Positions 53,619 to 63,635 of a DNA stretch of 64,000 nt are shown here, piece after piece (the first letter of the stretch is position 1; each line of letters opens with the position of its first letter). The stretch is from Candidatus Uhrbacteria bacterium RIFCSPLOWO2_01_FULL_47_17 (GTDB taxonomy: Bacteria; Patescibacteriota; Patescibacteriia; UBA9934; GWF2-40-263), in contig MGEI01000003.1 of assembly GCA_001791305.1 (NCBI GenBank), positions 112,872-176,871 of the forward strand, written 5' to 3'. The notes below the pieces were generated by a model, which saw only the letters and a list, made by a program, of their open reading frames with translations, was not told the DNA's origin and searched no databases. The position numbers and the translations under genes are program-made.

Positions 53619-54637
53619 AACGACGAATAGGTGGATGGAAAGATAAGTGGGCCTTCTGTGTAGCGAGTGAGATCTTTTTGTTTTACTTGAATGACATCAT
53701 GAATGCTGAAACCAGCATCACGGAGGGCGTTCATGGAAATGAATCCACGTCGAACGTTATCGACGATTAAATAAATGGATCCGGTCGGAGAACGGAGAAG
53801 GGAATAATTTGGAAAATCGATTGGTGCTCCGTCTGGATATTGTTCTATGATCGAAATACTCGTCGGAAGAATTGTGTTTGCATTGAATCGTGATTTCAGA
53901 ACAGCCTCCGAGATGATTGGCCGTTTTTTTCCACCCTGTACAAGCCAGACCCCACCAGTTTTTCGACTTTGAATAAGTGTTCCGTCCGGAAACATTTTTG
54001 TGAACCATCGATTCCAAATGTTCATGAAGTTCACATTTCCTTGTTTGTGCGGCGTGTACGTATAAAGCGCGGCGGTTGCGTTGTTTTGCGGGACAAGTGC
54101 GGCGCCATCGATCATGGATTCAATGCCGGGACCGTATCCGGATGAGGTCTTTCCCTGTATGAGCAGCTTTGACAAGTAGGCTTCACGAATGTGTTTTGTG
54201 GCAAAATAAATTTGTTTTCCAAATCCGCGATATTTTTGCAGTCGAGGATCAGACTTTGAACAGTCGTCACAAATCGCATACCCCATCGCCCAATCAAGTT
54301 GTTTTTGTGTTGCCTTTGGGCTTTCAACAAGACTTTGTTCTTTTTGAAGAATAACCAGGATGACCCGTGGGTTTAAGGTGAACTCTTTCGCTGCATTCGC
54401 GATAATATCTGCAGCGGAACGTGTCACCCCTTTTATGTCTTTCGTTTTATATTTTGCAAGCGATCCTTTTGATAAAAACATTTGGATTTCATTGCGCGAC
54501 ATGGCGTCAACATCTGTCATGTCCGCGTCTGACAACAGGTGCTCAGGGCTTGGAGCTTGTGGCGCAGCCAAAACAACCGTCGGGATCGACGTGGTCAAAA
54601 TAGCGATAAAAATAAGCAATCCCATTGCCTTGTTCAT
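53615..54637 (-). CDS. Hypothetical secreted protein
   Basis: Start at MNKAMGLLIFIAILT (signal peptide), giving 340 aa. The ORF-track start is an upstream TTG. No family recognised. Confidence 0.45.
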   Translation of the reverse strand: MNKAMGLLIFIAILTTSIPTVVLAAPQAPSPEHLLSDADMTDVDAMSRNEIQMFLSKGSLAKYKTKDIKGVTRSAADIIANAAKEFTLNPRVILVILQKEQSLVESPKATQKQLDWAMGYAICDDCSKSDPRLQKYRGFGKQIYFATKHIREAYLSKLLIQGKTSSGYGPGIESMIDGAALVPQNNATAALYTYTPHKQGNVNFMNIWNRWFTKMFPDGTLIQSRKTGGVWLVQGGKKRPIISEAVLKSRFNANTILPTSISIIEQYPDGAPIDFPNYSLLRSPTGSIYLIVDNVRRGFISMNALRDAGFSIHDVIQVKQKDLTRYTEGPLIFPSTYSSL

Positions 54638-54675
54638 GGAGAAAGTATATCGCAAAGAGAGTGATTCGACAAACG

Positions 54676-54702
54676 AAATACAAGCCTTTTTGGCTTGTAT
54701 TT
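54676..54702 (-). terminator. Terminator-like hairpin after clpB (AAATACAAGCC-ttttt-GGCTTGTATTT)
   Basis: Perfect 11 bp stem downstream (minus strand) of the clpB stop and of copy 4 of the conserved motif. Confidence 0.6.
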
Positions 54703-54707
54703 CGAAA

Positions 54708-54735
54708 GGGAACCAAGGCTAAAGCCTCAGATTAC
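54708..54735 (+). repeat. Conserved intergenic hairpin motif, copy 4 (GGGAACCAAGGCTAAAGCCTCAGATTAC)
   Basis: Overlaps the clpB stop codon (TAA lies within GATTAC on the other strand). Followed by a perfect AAATACAAGCC-ttttt-GGCTTGTATTT hairpin at about 54676-54702. Confidence 0.8.
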
Positions 54736-57380
54736 CGTGATTTCGTTGTGATGATAATCTCGTCTCCCTTCACTCCAACCAGCACTTGTTTACCCTCCTT
54801 AATTTCCCCAGAAACAATTTTGAGGGCGAGCGGATCGAGAATTTGTGTTTGAATGACACGCTTGACCGGACGCGCACCATACGACGGATCGTATCCAAGC
54901 TTTGCGATAAGCGCTCGTGCTGCATTCGAGACAACAAGCTCGATGTGTCGTTGTGTTTTGAGACGAAGTGCCACGCGATCAAGCTGAATTTGCACAATCG
55001 CTTCCATGTCTTCTGGTCGAAGCGCATGAAAGACAATCGTCTCATCGACGCGGTTGAGAAACTCGGGTCGAAAGTGATCTTTCAATAATCCCATGATTGT
55101 TTCGCGAATCTCTTTATCCGATCCGATTTCGACTTCTGATTCCTCGTGGAAGCCCATTGCGCCAAGATTCGCGCCAGCATTGAGAATCAAATCCGATCCA
55201 ATGTTCGAAGTCATGATGATAATCGTATTCTTGAAGTTCACTTTGCGTCCCTTCGCATCGGTCAGATGACCCTCGTCGAGAATTTGGAGGAGCAAGTTGA
55301 ATGTATCCGGATGGGCTTTTTCGATTTCGTCGAAGAGCAAAACGGAATATGGTTTGCGCCGGACAAGCTCGGTGAGTTGTCCGCCTTCCTCGTAACCGAC
55401 ATATCCGGGAGGCGAACCGATAATCTTCGACGTCGCATGTTTTTCCATGTACTCGCTCATGTCGAGGCGAATCATCGCGGACTCATCATTGAACATAAAC
55501 TCAGCGAGTGCTCGCGCAAGTTCCGTCTTTCCAACTCCCGTCGGTCCAAGGAAAATAAACGAACCGATCGGACGATGTTCTTCGCCAATGCCTGCGCGAG
55601 AACGACGAAGTGCGTTCGAGACGGCAGTGATCGCTTCTGCCTGTCCGACGACGCGCTTTGCAAGGTCGTCTTCCATACGCGTAAGTTTTTTCATCTCGGA
55701 TTCGAGCATCTTTGATACGGGAATGTTCGTCCAACGCGATACGACCGTTGCAATATCTTCTTCCGTAATCACTTCTTTCAAGAGCCCGCGTTCTTTCTGA
55801 ATCTTTCGAAGTGCCTCCTCGGCGGATTTCAGTTTCTTCTCCTCAAGCGGCAAGTTCGCATAACGAATCTCCGCCACTTTCTCGAGGTTGCCTTTACGTT
55901 CTTCTTGTTCTGCCTGTAATTTCAGCCGATCGATTGTGGATTTGATTTCGCGAATCAAGGTGATCTTTTCCTTCTCGTTGCGCCACTTTCCCTCGAAGGC
56001 CTCCGTCTGCTCGCGAAGATCCGCGATTTGTTTCTCGATATCCTTAAGTCGCGTCTTCGATTCTTTGTCATCTTCTTTCTGAAGCGCCTTCTCCTCAATT
56101 TCGAGGCGCATAAGATCTCGCTTGAGCACATCGAGTTCTTCAGGCATTGAGTCGATTTGCATACGAAGCGCAGATCCGGCCTCATCCATGAGGTCGACTG
56201 CTTTGTCGGGAAGATTTCGATCTGTAATGTAACGATCGGACAACTCGGCTGCCGAGATGAGGGATGGGTCGGAAATTCGAACACCGTGGTGTGCCTCGTA
56301 CTTTTCTTTGATTCCTCGAAGAATGGCAATTGTGTCTTCGACGGTCGGTTCTTCGACCATCACGGGTTGAAATCGTCGTTCGAGTGCAGGATCTTTTTCG
56401 ATGTAGCGTTGGTATTCCTTAAGCGTCGTTGCACCAATCGCACGCAGCTTGCCTCGCGCAAGTGCAGGCTTCAACATGTTTGATGCGTCCATGGTTCCAC
56501 CTTCGGTTGTTCCAGTTCCAACGAGTGTATGAAGCTCGTCAATAAATAAAATAATCTGCCCGCTAGAACTTTCGATTTCCTTGATGACCGCTTTGAGTCT
56601 TTCCTCGAATTCACCACGAAATTTTGTGCCAGCGACGAGCGCACCGACATCGAGCATGAAAATTGATTTGTTTTTGAGCAGCTCGGGAACGTCACCCGAT
56701 GCAATGCGTTGCGCGAGACCTTCCACAATCGCCGTCTTTCCGACACCTGCTTCTCCGATCAGAACCGGATTGTTCTTGGTGCGTCGAGAAAGAACCTGCA
56801 TAAGGCGACGAATCTCGGTATCGCGACCAATAACAGGATCAAGTTCGGAAAGTCGAGCGGATTCTGTGAGGTCTGTTCCGTATTTTTGCAATGTTTGGTA
56901 GCGCGCTTCCGGCTCGGCCGTGTCGACGCGTTGCGCTCCGCGAATATCTTTCAGTGCGCGCATCACGGATTCTTCTGTGATTTCATATTGTGCAAGCAAT
57001 GACTCGACAGGCTTGTTTGTGAGCAAGGCGAGGAGCAAATGCTCTGTCGAGATGAAGTCATCCTTAAACTCTTTGGCTTTTTTGTGCGCCATAGAAAGTA
57101 CCTCTGCCATTTGTTGGCTGAGATACATTTGTCCAACTCCACCCGCTTGCGGGGCAGGGGACTTTGGAAGCGTTTCGAGAATGTGGTCGAGTTCATGACG
57201 AAGATTTGATTCCTGTGTCGTGATTTTATCGACGATCGTCGGAATGATTCCGTCCTCTTGGGTGAGAAGAGAAACCAAAACGTGAATCGGTTCGAGTGCG
57301 GGCTGACCGTTCTCGATGGCGATATTATGCGCACGCTGAAGAGCTTCTTGGGATTTCAATGTAAAATTATTGGGCATCAT
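54732..57380 (-). CDS. clpB: ATP-dependent chaperone ClpB
   Basis: Start at [15 protein letters not shown], giving 882 aa. Clp-N domain, two AAA+ modules (GEAGVGKT; GPTGVGKT), a long coiled-coil middle domain and a C-terminal D2-small domain. Confidence 0.9.
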   Translation of the reverse strand: MMPNNFTLKSQEALQRAHNIAIENGQPALEPIHVLVSLLTQEDGIIPTIVDKITTQESNLRHELDHILETLPKSPAPQAGGVGQMYLSQQMAEVLSMAHKKAKEFKDDFISTEHLLLALLTNKPVESLLAQYEITEESVMRALKDIRGAQRVDTAEPEARYQTLQKYGTDLTESARLSELDPVIGRDTEIRRLMQVLSRRTKNNPVLIGEAGVGKTAIVEGLAQRIASGDVPELLKNKSIFMLDVGALVAGTKFRGEFEERLKAVIKEIESSSGQIILFIDELHTLVGTGTTEGGTMDASNMLKPALARGKLRAIGATTLKEYQRYIEKDPALERRFQPVMVEEPTVEDTIAILRGIKEKYEAHHGVRISDPSLISAAELSDRYITDRNLPDKAVDLMDEAGSALRMQIDSMPEELDVLKRDLMRLEIEEKALQKEDDKESKTRLKDIEKQIADLREQTEAFEGKWRNEKEKITLIREIKSTIDRLKLQAEQEERKGNLEKVAEIRYANLPLEEKKLKSAEEALRKIQKERGLLKEVITEEDIATVVSRWTNIPVSKMLESEMKKLTRMEDDLAKRVVGQAEAITAVSNALRRSRAGIGEEHRPIGSFIFLGPTGVGKTELARALAEFMFNDESAMIRLDMSEYMEKHATSKIIGSPPGYVGYEEGGQLTELVRRKPYSVLLFDEIEKAHPDTFNLLLQILDEGHLTDAKGRKVNFKNTIIIMTSNIGSDLILNAGANLGAMGFHEESEVEIGSDKEIRETIMGLLKDHFRPEFLNRVDETIVFHALRPEDMEAIVQIQLDRVALRLKTQRHIELVVSNAARALIAKLGYDPSYGARPVKRVIQTQILDPLALKIVSGEIKEGKQVLVGVKGDEIIITTKSR

Positions 57381-57411
57381 ATTTGGAATTTTCTTTCGTT
57401 TAGCACTCATA

Positions 57412-57440
57412 ATGATAGAGTGCCAAAAATGTTTTGTCAA
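57412..57440 (-). promoter_or_regulatory. Putative clpB promoter (TTGACA-17-TATCAT) giving a short or absent leader
   Basis: On the minus strand, the -10 ends about 30 nt upstream of the MMPNNF start with no SD. A divergent TTGAAT-16-TAGACT element on the plus strand sits about 9 nt upstream of the wecG-like ATG. Confidence 0.4.
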
Positions 57441-57486
57441 ACAAAAATACTTGAATAAGTGTAGCATTTTGATAGACTGTGTGCAC

Positions 57487-58293
57487 ATGCGTCATTTTAT
57501 TTTCGACGTTCCGATCGACGATTTGTCCGATAACGAATTCGACCAACAACTCACAGAATGGGTGAATGGGAACACCTCAAAATTTCTCGCAACTCCAAAC
57601 CCGGAGTTTCTTTTGCTCGCTTCTAAAGACACTGAGTTTCAAAAATTGTTGCAGTCGAGTGATCTCTCTTTGCCCGACGGCGTCGGTCTTCGCTTTGCGA
57701 TTGCAGCTCTGACCGATGAGCGACTGCATCATCGCCACACTGGCGTCGACCTTGTCGATCGCCTGGCCTATTTGTCCTATAAGACCAATAGGCACTTATT
57801 ACTTGTTGGTGGGGAAGAGGGTGCGGCAAAAAAAACAAAACAGTATTTTGAACAAAAATATCCTGGCGTTCGCATTTCTGTTTTTAATCCGGGCCGCATC
57901 GATTTACATTACAGGGGTACCCACGAGGGGTACCCCTACGACCTAGCCGGATTCAATGCCGATATCATGCTCGTTGCGCTCGGTCAAAAAAAACAGGAAC
58001 AATTTATCAAACAGGCGTTGCCGAATCTTCCATCCGTTCGGATCGCTGTCGGTGTTGGTGGTGCGTTCGAGATGATCTCGAGGATGAAGCCTCGTGCACC
58101 TCAGTTCATGTTGCGCATGGGTCTCGAATGGCTCTGGCGCGTCATGATCGAGCCTTCACGAGCGGGCCGCATTTTAAACGCGACTTTCGTCTTTCCGATC
58201 GTCGTCGTTTGCGCTACACTAAGGCAGCACAGATTCTGGAAAGCTTGCAGAAAGGTCATCCCTGAAATTTATCGTCAATTAAGCGGAAAGTGA
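57487..58293 (+). CDS. WecG/TagA/CpsF-family (GT26) glycosyltransferase
   Basis: Start at MRHFIFDVPID, giving 268 aa. Conserved GT26 core (LLLVGGEEG...GVGGAFE...). Confidence 0.7.
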   Translation: MRHFIFDVPIDDLSDNEFDQQLTEWVNGNTSKFLATPNPEFLLLASKDTEFQKLLQSSDLSLPDGVGLRFAIAALTDERLHHRHTGVDLVDRLAYLSYKTNRHLLLVGGEEGAAKKTKQYFEQKYPGVRISVFNPGRIDLHYRGTHEGYPYDLAGFNADIMLVALGQKKQEQFIKQALPNLPSVRIAVGVGGAFEMISRMKPRAPQFMLRMGLEWLWRVMIEPSRAGRILNATFVFPIVVVCATLRQHRFWKACRKVIPEIYRQLSGK

Positions 58294-58311
58294 AAAAGTG
58301 AAAGAGTCAAA
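58293..58311 (+). repeat. 19 nt repeat AAAAAGTGAAAGAGTCAAA, copy B (just after the wecG-like stop, in the gltX leader)
   Basis: Identical to 34522-34540. Part of a GTGAAA-iterated arm that can pair with ACTCTTTCACTTT about 55 nt downstream. Confidence 0.7.
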
Positions 58312-58390
58312 AAGTGAAGGATGTTTCTTTCTTTTTTGAAAAAATAGCTCCCACACAATCACTCTTCCACTCTTTCACTTTGTTTCTCTT

Positions 58391-59812
58391 ATGAATGTTG
58401 TCACCCGCTTCGCCCCATCACCAACGGGATACCTTCACGTCGGCGGACTCCGCACGGCGCTTTATAGTTATCTTTACGCAAAACAACAAAATGGAACGTT
58501 TATTTTGCGCATTGAAGACACAGACCAAGCGCGTCTTGTTCCTGGTGCAGTTGACGCATTGATCGCGACGCTCAAAACAATGGGGCTTCCACCAGACAAG
58601 GGTCCATACATCCAGTCCGAGCGCCTCGAACTTTATCGCGAGCATGTACAGCGTCTCCTCGACAAAGGCGATGCCTACTATTGTTTTTGTACAAAAGAAC
58701 GACTTACGGCACTTCGTGAAGAACAGCAGGCCATGAAGTCTCCGATGAAATATGATCGCACCTGTCTGCATTTGTCGAAGGATGAAATTGCCTCGAAGAT
58801 TGCTGCAAACGAACCGCATGTCGTTCGATTACTTGTTCCAGAAGGGAAGACCACGTTTACAGACGAGATCCGTGGTGAGATTACGATCGACAACAAAGAG
58901 GTTGACGATCAGGTTCTCTTAAAAACGGATGGATTTCCAACCTATCACCTCGCGGTTGTCGTTGATGATAATGACATGAGCGTCACACACATTATTCGTG
59001 GTGATGAATGGATTTCATCAGTACCAAAACATGTTATTTTGTACAACATGTTTGGATTTACGCTTCCAAAATTTGCGCATCTTCCACTGATTTTGAACCC
59101 AGATAAATCAAAGCTGTCGAAGCGTCAGGGCGATGTCGCGGTCGAAGATTATCTCGCAAAAGGATATTTGCCGGAAACATTAACCAACTTCGTTGCGCTG
59201 CTCGGATTCAATCCAACAGCCGATCGTGAAATTTATTCGTTCGACGAACTCGTTCAGTTATTCGATCTCTCGAAGATCAACAAGAGTGGTGCTGTATTTG
59301 ATCATGCAAAACTCGACTGGATGAACGGAATGTATCTTCGAACAAAATCAACGCCAGAATTGATCGCCCTCGCAAAGCCGTTTTTCGAGAAGTCTCAGGT
59401 TTCAATCGACCCGTCTTTTCTCGAGCGTATTTGTGAAATCGAAAAAGATCGTCTTGTTACGCTTCAGGATCTCGCGGATCGTGCACTCGAGTATTTGCAA
59501 TCGATCGAATTTGATCCTGCAATACTCGTTTGGAAGAAAGCAGATGCAACGGACGCAAAGATGCATCTCGTTGCTCTTCGTCAGGTTCTCGAGAAGACTC
59601 CAGACGATATGTTCACCGATCGCATACTTCTCGAAGCGGCCGTAAAGAAGTATATTGAAGAGGGAAGTTATCAGAATGGAAATGTGTTGTGGCCATTACG
59701 TGCCGCATTATCCGGAAAAGAAAAATCCCCGAATCCATTTGAATTGCTGTGGATTTTTGGAAAACAAGAATCGCTTAAACGCATTGATCACGCCGTTTCG
59801 CTCTTAAAATGA
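58391..59812 (+). CDS. gltX: Glutamate--tRNA ligase
   Basis: 473 aa. HIGH-like PSPTGYLHVGG and KMSKS-like KLSKR motifs. Confidence 0.9.
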   Translation: MNVVTRFAPSPTGYLHVGGLRTALYSYLYAKQQNGTFILRIEDTDQARLVPGAVDALIATLKTMGLPPDKGPYIQSERLELYREHVQRLLDKGDAYYCFCTKERLTALREEQQAMKSPMKYDRTCLHLSKDEIASKIAANEPHVVRLLVPEGKTTFTDEIRGEITIDNKEVDDQVLLKTDGFPTYHLAVVVDDNDMSVTHIIRGDEWISSVPKHVILYNMFGFTLPKFAHLPLILNPDKSKLSKRQGDVAVEDYLAKGYLPETLTNFVALLGFNPTADREIYSFDELVQLFDLSKINKSGAVFDHAKLDWMNGMYLRTKSTPELIALAKPFFEKSQVSIDPSFLERICEIEKDRLVTLQDLADRALEYLQSIEFDPAILVWKKADATDAKMHLVALRQVLEKTPDDMFTDRILLEAAVKKYIEEGSYQNGNVLWPLRAALSGKEKSPNPFELLWIFGKQESLKRIDHAVSLLK

Positions 59813-61020
59813 CTATGTCCCACGTTCGGGCAAAAACCATCGTTTCCATTTTCGGAATCTTGATTCTTATTTTTTGCTTTGACGTATCTTTTTTACGCGC
59901 AGATGAGCTCTCGATAACACCTTCCCCCGAAGCCGCACAAACAATTGAGGAAAAAAAGGCAAACATTAATGATTTAAACCAGCAAATTCAGGTTTATCAA
60001 AAAAAAATTGAAGAAGCACAATCACAAGCGGTAACTCTTGAAACGGAACTTGATCTTTTGCAAAACCGCATTGGAAGAACGGAACTGCAAATTCGTGAAA
60101 CAACGGCGCAAATTGATCTTATTAACTCGGAAATCGTCAAAATTCAGCAGAATATTTTGGACATGCAACAAAAGCTGGGCCGTCAAAAAGAACTGATTGT
60201 AACGGTTGTCCAAAAAATTCAAGCGCAAGATCAGGCGCTTCCCATTCAAATTTTTTACGGCACGGATCGCTTTTCTTCGCTTTTAGACACGGTTCAAAGA
60301 CTTGAGCAAATTCAGGGAGATCTTTCAAAAGCTGTTTCTGAAGCAAAAGCAACAAAGAATTCTTTGGAACAATCACGCGTTGATCAAGAAAAAAAACGCG
60401 GTGAAATTGAACAGGTTGAACATGACTTGGAAAAACATAAAACACAGCTGGACGAGGAACAGGAAGCAAAATCCATTATTCTTGCAACAACGCAACAATC
60501 AGAAAAACGATTTCAACAATTAGTTCAAGATTTAAAGCAAGAACAGATTTTCATTCAGAATCAAATTCAACAATTGCAAGCAAAATTAGAACAACGCATT
60601 CAACCAACAGACGAAATCGGTGGGGGACTCCTCTCTTGGCCGATCAATCCAGGCGCAAGAGGTCTCTCTTCAACATTTCATGACCCAACGTATCCGTTTC
60701 GAAATTTATTTGAACATCCTGGAATCGATTTACCTGCGCCAACGGGTACAGCGGTAAAAGCGGCAGCACCAGGATTTGTTGCATGGACGCGTAGGGGAGC
60801 GCAGTATGGAAACTATGTCATGGTGATTCATTCAGAAGGAATTGCAACTCTGTACGCCCATCTTTCTCGCATCGACGTGATTGCAGATCAATATATTCCT
60901 CGCGGCGGCCAAATTGGCGCTGTGGGATCTACAGGATTATCAACAGGCCCTCATCTTCACTTTGAAGTGCGTAAAGAGGGAATACCAGCTGATCCATTGT
61001 TTTATCTACAATTTCCTTAA
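59809..61020 (+). CDS. M23-family metallopeptidase with a long N-terminal coiled coil (EnvC/MepM-like murein hydrolase or activator)
   Basis: 403 aa. Signal/anchor, a Q/E-rich coiled coil of about 230 aa, and an M23 domain (HPGIDL...HLHFEV). Confidence 0.8.
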   Translation: MTMSHVRAKTIVSIFGILILIFCFDVSFLRADELSITPSPEAAQTIEEKKANINDLNQQIQVYQKKIEEAQSQAVTLETELDLLQNRIGRTELQIRETTAQIDLINSEIVKIQQNILDMQQKLGRQKELIVTVVQKIQAQDQALPIQIFYGTDRFSSLLDTVQRLEQIQGDLSKAVSEAKATKNSLEQSRVDQEKKRGEIEQVEHDLEKHKTQLDEEQEAKSIILATTQQSEKRFQQLVQDLKQEQIFIQNQIQQLQAKLEQRIQPTDEIGGGLLSWPINPGARGLSSTFHDPTYPFRNLFEHPGIDLPAPTGTAVKAAAPGFVAWTRRGAQYGNYVMVIHSEGIATLYAHLSRIDVIADQYIPRGGQIGAVGSTGLSTGPHLHFEVRKEGIPADPLFYLQFP

Positions 61021-61021
61021 T

Positions 61022-61255
61022 ATGAACATACAAATTGTTACGCTCTTAAAAATTGCTGGATGGATTTTAACGCTTGCACCGCTCGCAGGATTTCTCCTTT
61101 TCGCCATCGTGATGGTTCGTGAGATTTCAAAGAATGACGATGAAAGCATTAAGGGGATCATCAGCATTGGCTTTTTGGTTTTTGGGATCGGAGTTGTTCT
61201 GTTGTTGGTCAGCTACTTAGGGGGTTATTTTTCAGGAACAGGCAGTTCAATATAA
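61022..61255 (+). CDS. Hypothetical small membrane protein
   Basis: Start at MNIQIVTLLK, giving 77 aa with two hydrophobic helices. Confidence 0.35.
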   Translation: MNIQIVTLLKIAGWILTLAPLAGFLLFAIVMVREISKNDDESIKGIISIGFLVFGIGVVLLLVSYLGGYFSGTGSSI

Positions 61256-61670
61256 GGAAAAGAGAAGCAAAGAGAGCCCTTCACCCGGGTTCTTCTTGCT
61301 GTTAAAAGTAGTGTCGTACAATATATCTTATACGACACTATACAATCACGCCTCAGAAACAGGGGGTATCAGTATACCTTATAAATTGTCTCAATTTAGC
61401 GTAAATAGGGCGATTTATTTAATATCGAATGCAGTGCCCAAGTCTCATGCTGTGTATCATAATCTGCCGCAGAAGATTTTCTTTTCCATATTGATCGAGC
61501 TTGTCGAAAGCTGTTTTGAACAGCACTTCGACCAGTCAGTGAATAACATGGCCAATAGACTCTGTCCGATGTGCACTCGTAGCTTCACGGATCGTGCTGT
61601 GCCCATTTCTCGTCTCCCCCTCTCCTTACCCCTTACAGCCTATTCATTTTACGACACATCTTTCAATCGT

Positions 61671-62498
61671 TTATTTATAGTACACATGATCTCCAAATCG
61701 TAAGTCGATGTACTGCAGTTTAGATGTGTCTTTAATGGTGTCATCCAGAATTGTTTTTAAGCGGTTAAATTGTGCTTGTAAATCCCCATCCGGATCAAAC
61801 ATGATGAGATACCCCTCGAGTGTTACGATTCCGACCCACTTCCCTGTTTGGAGATCTATCTGCGCCTCACGAAATCCAAATCCGTTTGAGGTTAAGATAT
61901 TTTCAAATGCAAGAATATGTTTCATCTGTTCTTCTGTAAGTACGCTATCACCTATTTTAACCGGCTTATTGTTTCGATCTGTGAGGACAGGAAGATTGCG
62001 CAAATTTGCTTGAGAATCGATTTTTTGCGTAATAACACCCTTCAGATCCGCTAAGTATTGTTCCCCACCGGACTTCCAAATTACATCAGATGTTCGTTCT
62101 TTGACGTTTAAAGAAAGGGTTTGTTTTTTGACACGGATTTCCAGACGATCAAACGCAAATGAGTTCGCAAGAAATGTTTGAAGATCTTTTTCAGAAAAAA
62201 GGAACTTGTTTGTTTTATGAAAAAAAAGGAGGTGAGACTGATTAAGGTACGCGCGTACCTGCGTTTCGATTTGTGTGTTTGATGCTGCTTCAAGACCACG
62301 AATTTCTACCTGTTTAAGTGAAAATGCTGGATATGCATAGAAATAAATCATGACGCCGAGAAGAGCTGCAATTCCCGCAGCAAGTCCGTAGAGATACTTC
62401 TTTGTCTGTATCTTTGGTGCCTGAAAATAAGGGTTGCGATACGCACCACGCGAATAGCGTTTTTGTTGCAAACGATGAAAGTGATTTCTCTTTTGCAT
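61671..62498 (-). CDS. ftsQ: Cell division protein FtsQ/DivIB
   Basis: 275 aa. Single TM helix (LYGLAAGIAALLGVMIYFYA), POTRA domain (LKQVEIRGLEAASNTQIETQV) and FtsQ beta domain. Lies downstream of alr on the minus strand. Confidence 0.7.
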   Translation of the reverse strand: MQKRNHFHRLQQKRYSRGAYRNPYFQAPKIQTKKYLYGLAAGIAALLGVMIYFYAYPAFSLKQVEIRGLEAASNTQIETQVRAYLNQSHLLFFHKTNKFLFSEKDLQTFLANSFAFDRLEIRVKKQTLSLNVKERTSDVIWKSGGEQYLADLKGVITQKIDSQANLRNLPVLTDRNNKPVKIGDSVLTEEQMKHILAFENILTSNGFGFREAQIDLQTGKWVGIVTLEGYLIMFDPDGDLQAQFNRLKTILDDTIKDTSKLQYIDLRFGDHVYYK

Positions 62499-62501
62499 AT
62501 G

Positions 62502-63635
62502 CTAAACCACAACACGTGGAATGGCCGCATTAATGCGCGCCAAAACCTCATACGGGATGGTCGAGAGTTTTTGTGCAACGAAATCTGCTGTGATCATATT
62601 GCGCGCGTCTTTTCCAATAAGAATGACTTCCTGGTTCTTTTGAACGTTTGGAATATTGGAAACATCGACCATCATCATGTTCATGCTCACACGTCCCATA
62701 ACTTTACATCGATACCCTCCAATCAATACCTCTCCGCGTGAGGAAAGTTTGCGATCATAACCATCCCAATATCCAACAGGAAGGACCGCAATACGACTAC
62801 GCTTTTGCACGATCTCAGTGAGACCATATCCAATGGGTGTTCCTCCTGCAATAGATTTTACTTGAGCGATACGTGTTTTCCAAGATAGGACAGGCTGAAG
62901 TTCGCATGGAATGGATTGTTTGTGCATGGTTTCTTGAACGGTTGCAGACGACCAGATCCCGTACATCGCAATGCCTGCGCGGACAAGGGTGCCATATGTT
63001 TGTGGGTATAAAAGAATTGCCGCAGAACAAGCGCAGTGGATGTATTGCGGTGAAAGCTCAAACGTTTGTACAAGCTCAAGCGCTTGTGTAAATCGTTGAT
63101 ATTGAAGCGTGGCGTATTCCGGATTGGCCGTGTCTTCGATGTTGGCAAAATGTGTTGATACGCCCACAAGCTGAAGATGTTTTGATTCTCGAAAAATATT
63201 GAGAAGATCAGGAAGATCATCCATGGAAACGCCTTGACGTGATGTTCCAGTTTCAATTTTAAGATGAACACGCGCAGGAAGAGCAGACTTTGAAGCAACA
63301 GCATCGGCTTCTCGTAAACCTTCGAGGTCATAGAGGGTGAGGTCAATTTGTTCACGAATCGCTTCATGAAATCGTTCCGACATGGTGTAGCCGAGGACGA
63401 TGATCAGAGAGGTTGGAAATAAATCACGTAAAATGAGTGCGTCATCGATGCTATCGACACCAAACGCATCAACGCCATTGCGACGCGCAATACGTGCAAC
63501 TTCTTTCAGGCCATGTCCATACGCATTTGCCTTTACGACTGCACAAAAAACAGCCCCGTTCCCAACAAGGGATCGGAGTGTTTGGATGTTATGAGCAAGT
63601 GCCTGCTCTTTAATTTCAACCCATGTTCGGTGCAT
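62502..63635 (-). CDS. alr: Alanine racemase
   Basis: 377 aa. PLP-binding AVVKANAYGHG and a conserved C-terminal beta-domain. Confidence 0.9.
   Translation of the reverse strand: MHRTWVEIKEQALAHNIQTLRSLVGNGAVFCAVVKANAYGHGLKEVARIARRNGVDAFGVDSIDDALILRDLFPTSLIIVLGYTMSERFHEAIREQIDLTLYDLEGLREADAVASKSALPARVHLKIETGTSRQGVSMDDLPDLLNIFRESKHLQLVGVSTHFANIEDTANPEYATLQYQRFTQALELVQTFELSPQYIHCACSAAILLYPQTYGTLVRAGIAMYGIWSSATVQETMHKQSIPCELQPVLSWKTRIAQVKSIAGGTPIGYGLTEIVQKRSRIAVLPVGYWDGYDRKLSSRGEVLIGGYRCKVMGRVSMNMMMVDVSNIPNVQKNQEVILIGKDARNMITADFVAQKLSTIPYEVLARINAAIPRVVV

Noticed and set aside
11641-54735. Repeated occurrence of the hexamer GATTAC (in the four-copy motif, in the 32 bp inverted repeat arms, and after the 28686-28711 terminator)
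   Set aside because: Hexamer recurrence is expected by chance. I treat it as coincidence and not as a link between the elements.
61296-61703. 135-aa ORF in the long intergenic region before ftsQ
   Set aside because: It has an atypical amino-acid composition and low GC, no SD, and overlaps the 3' end of ftsQ. The region is more likely non-coding. It is reported as a finding, not as a CDS.
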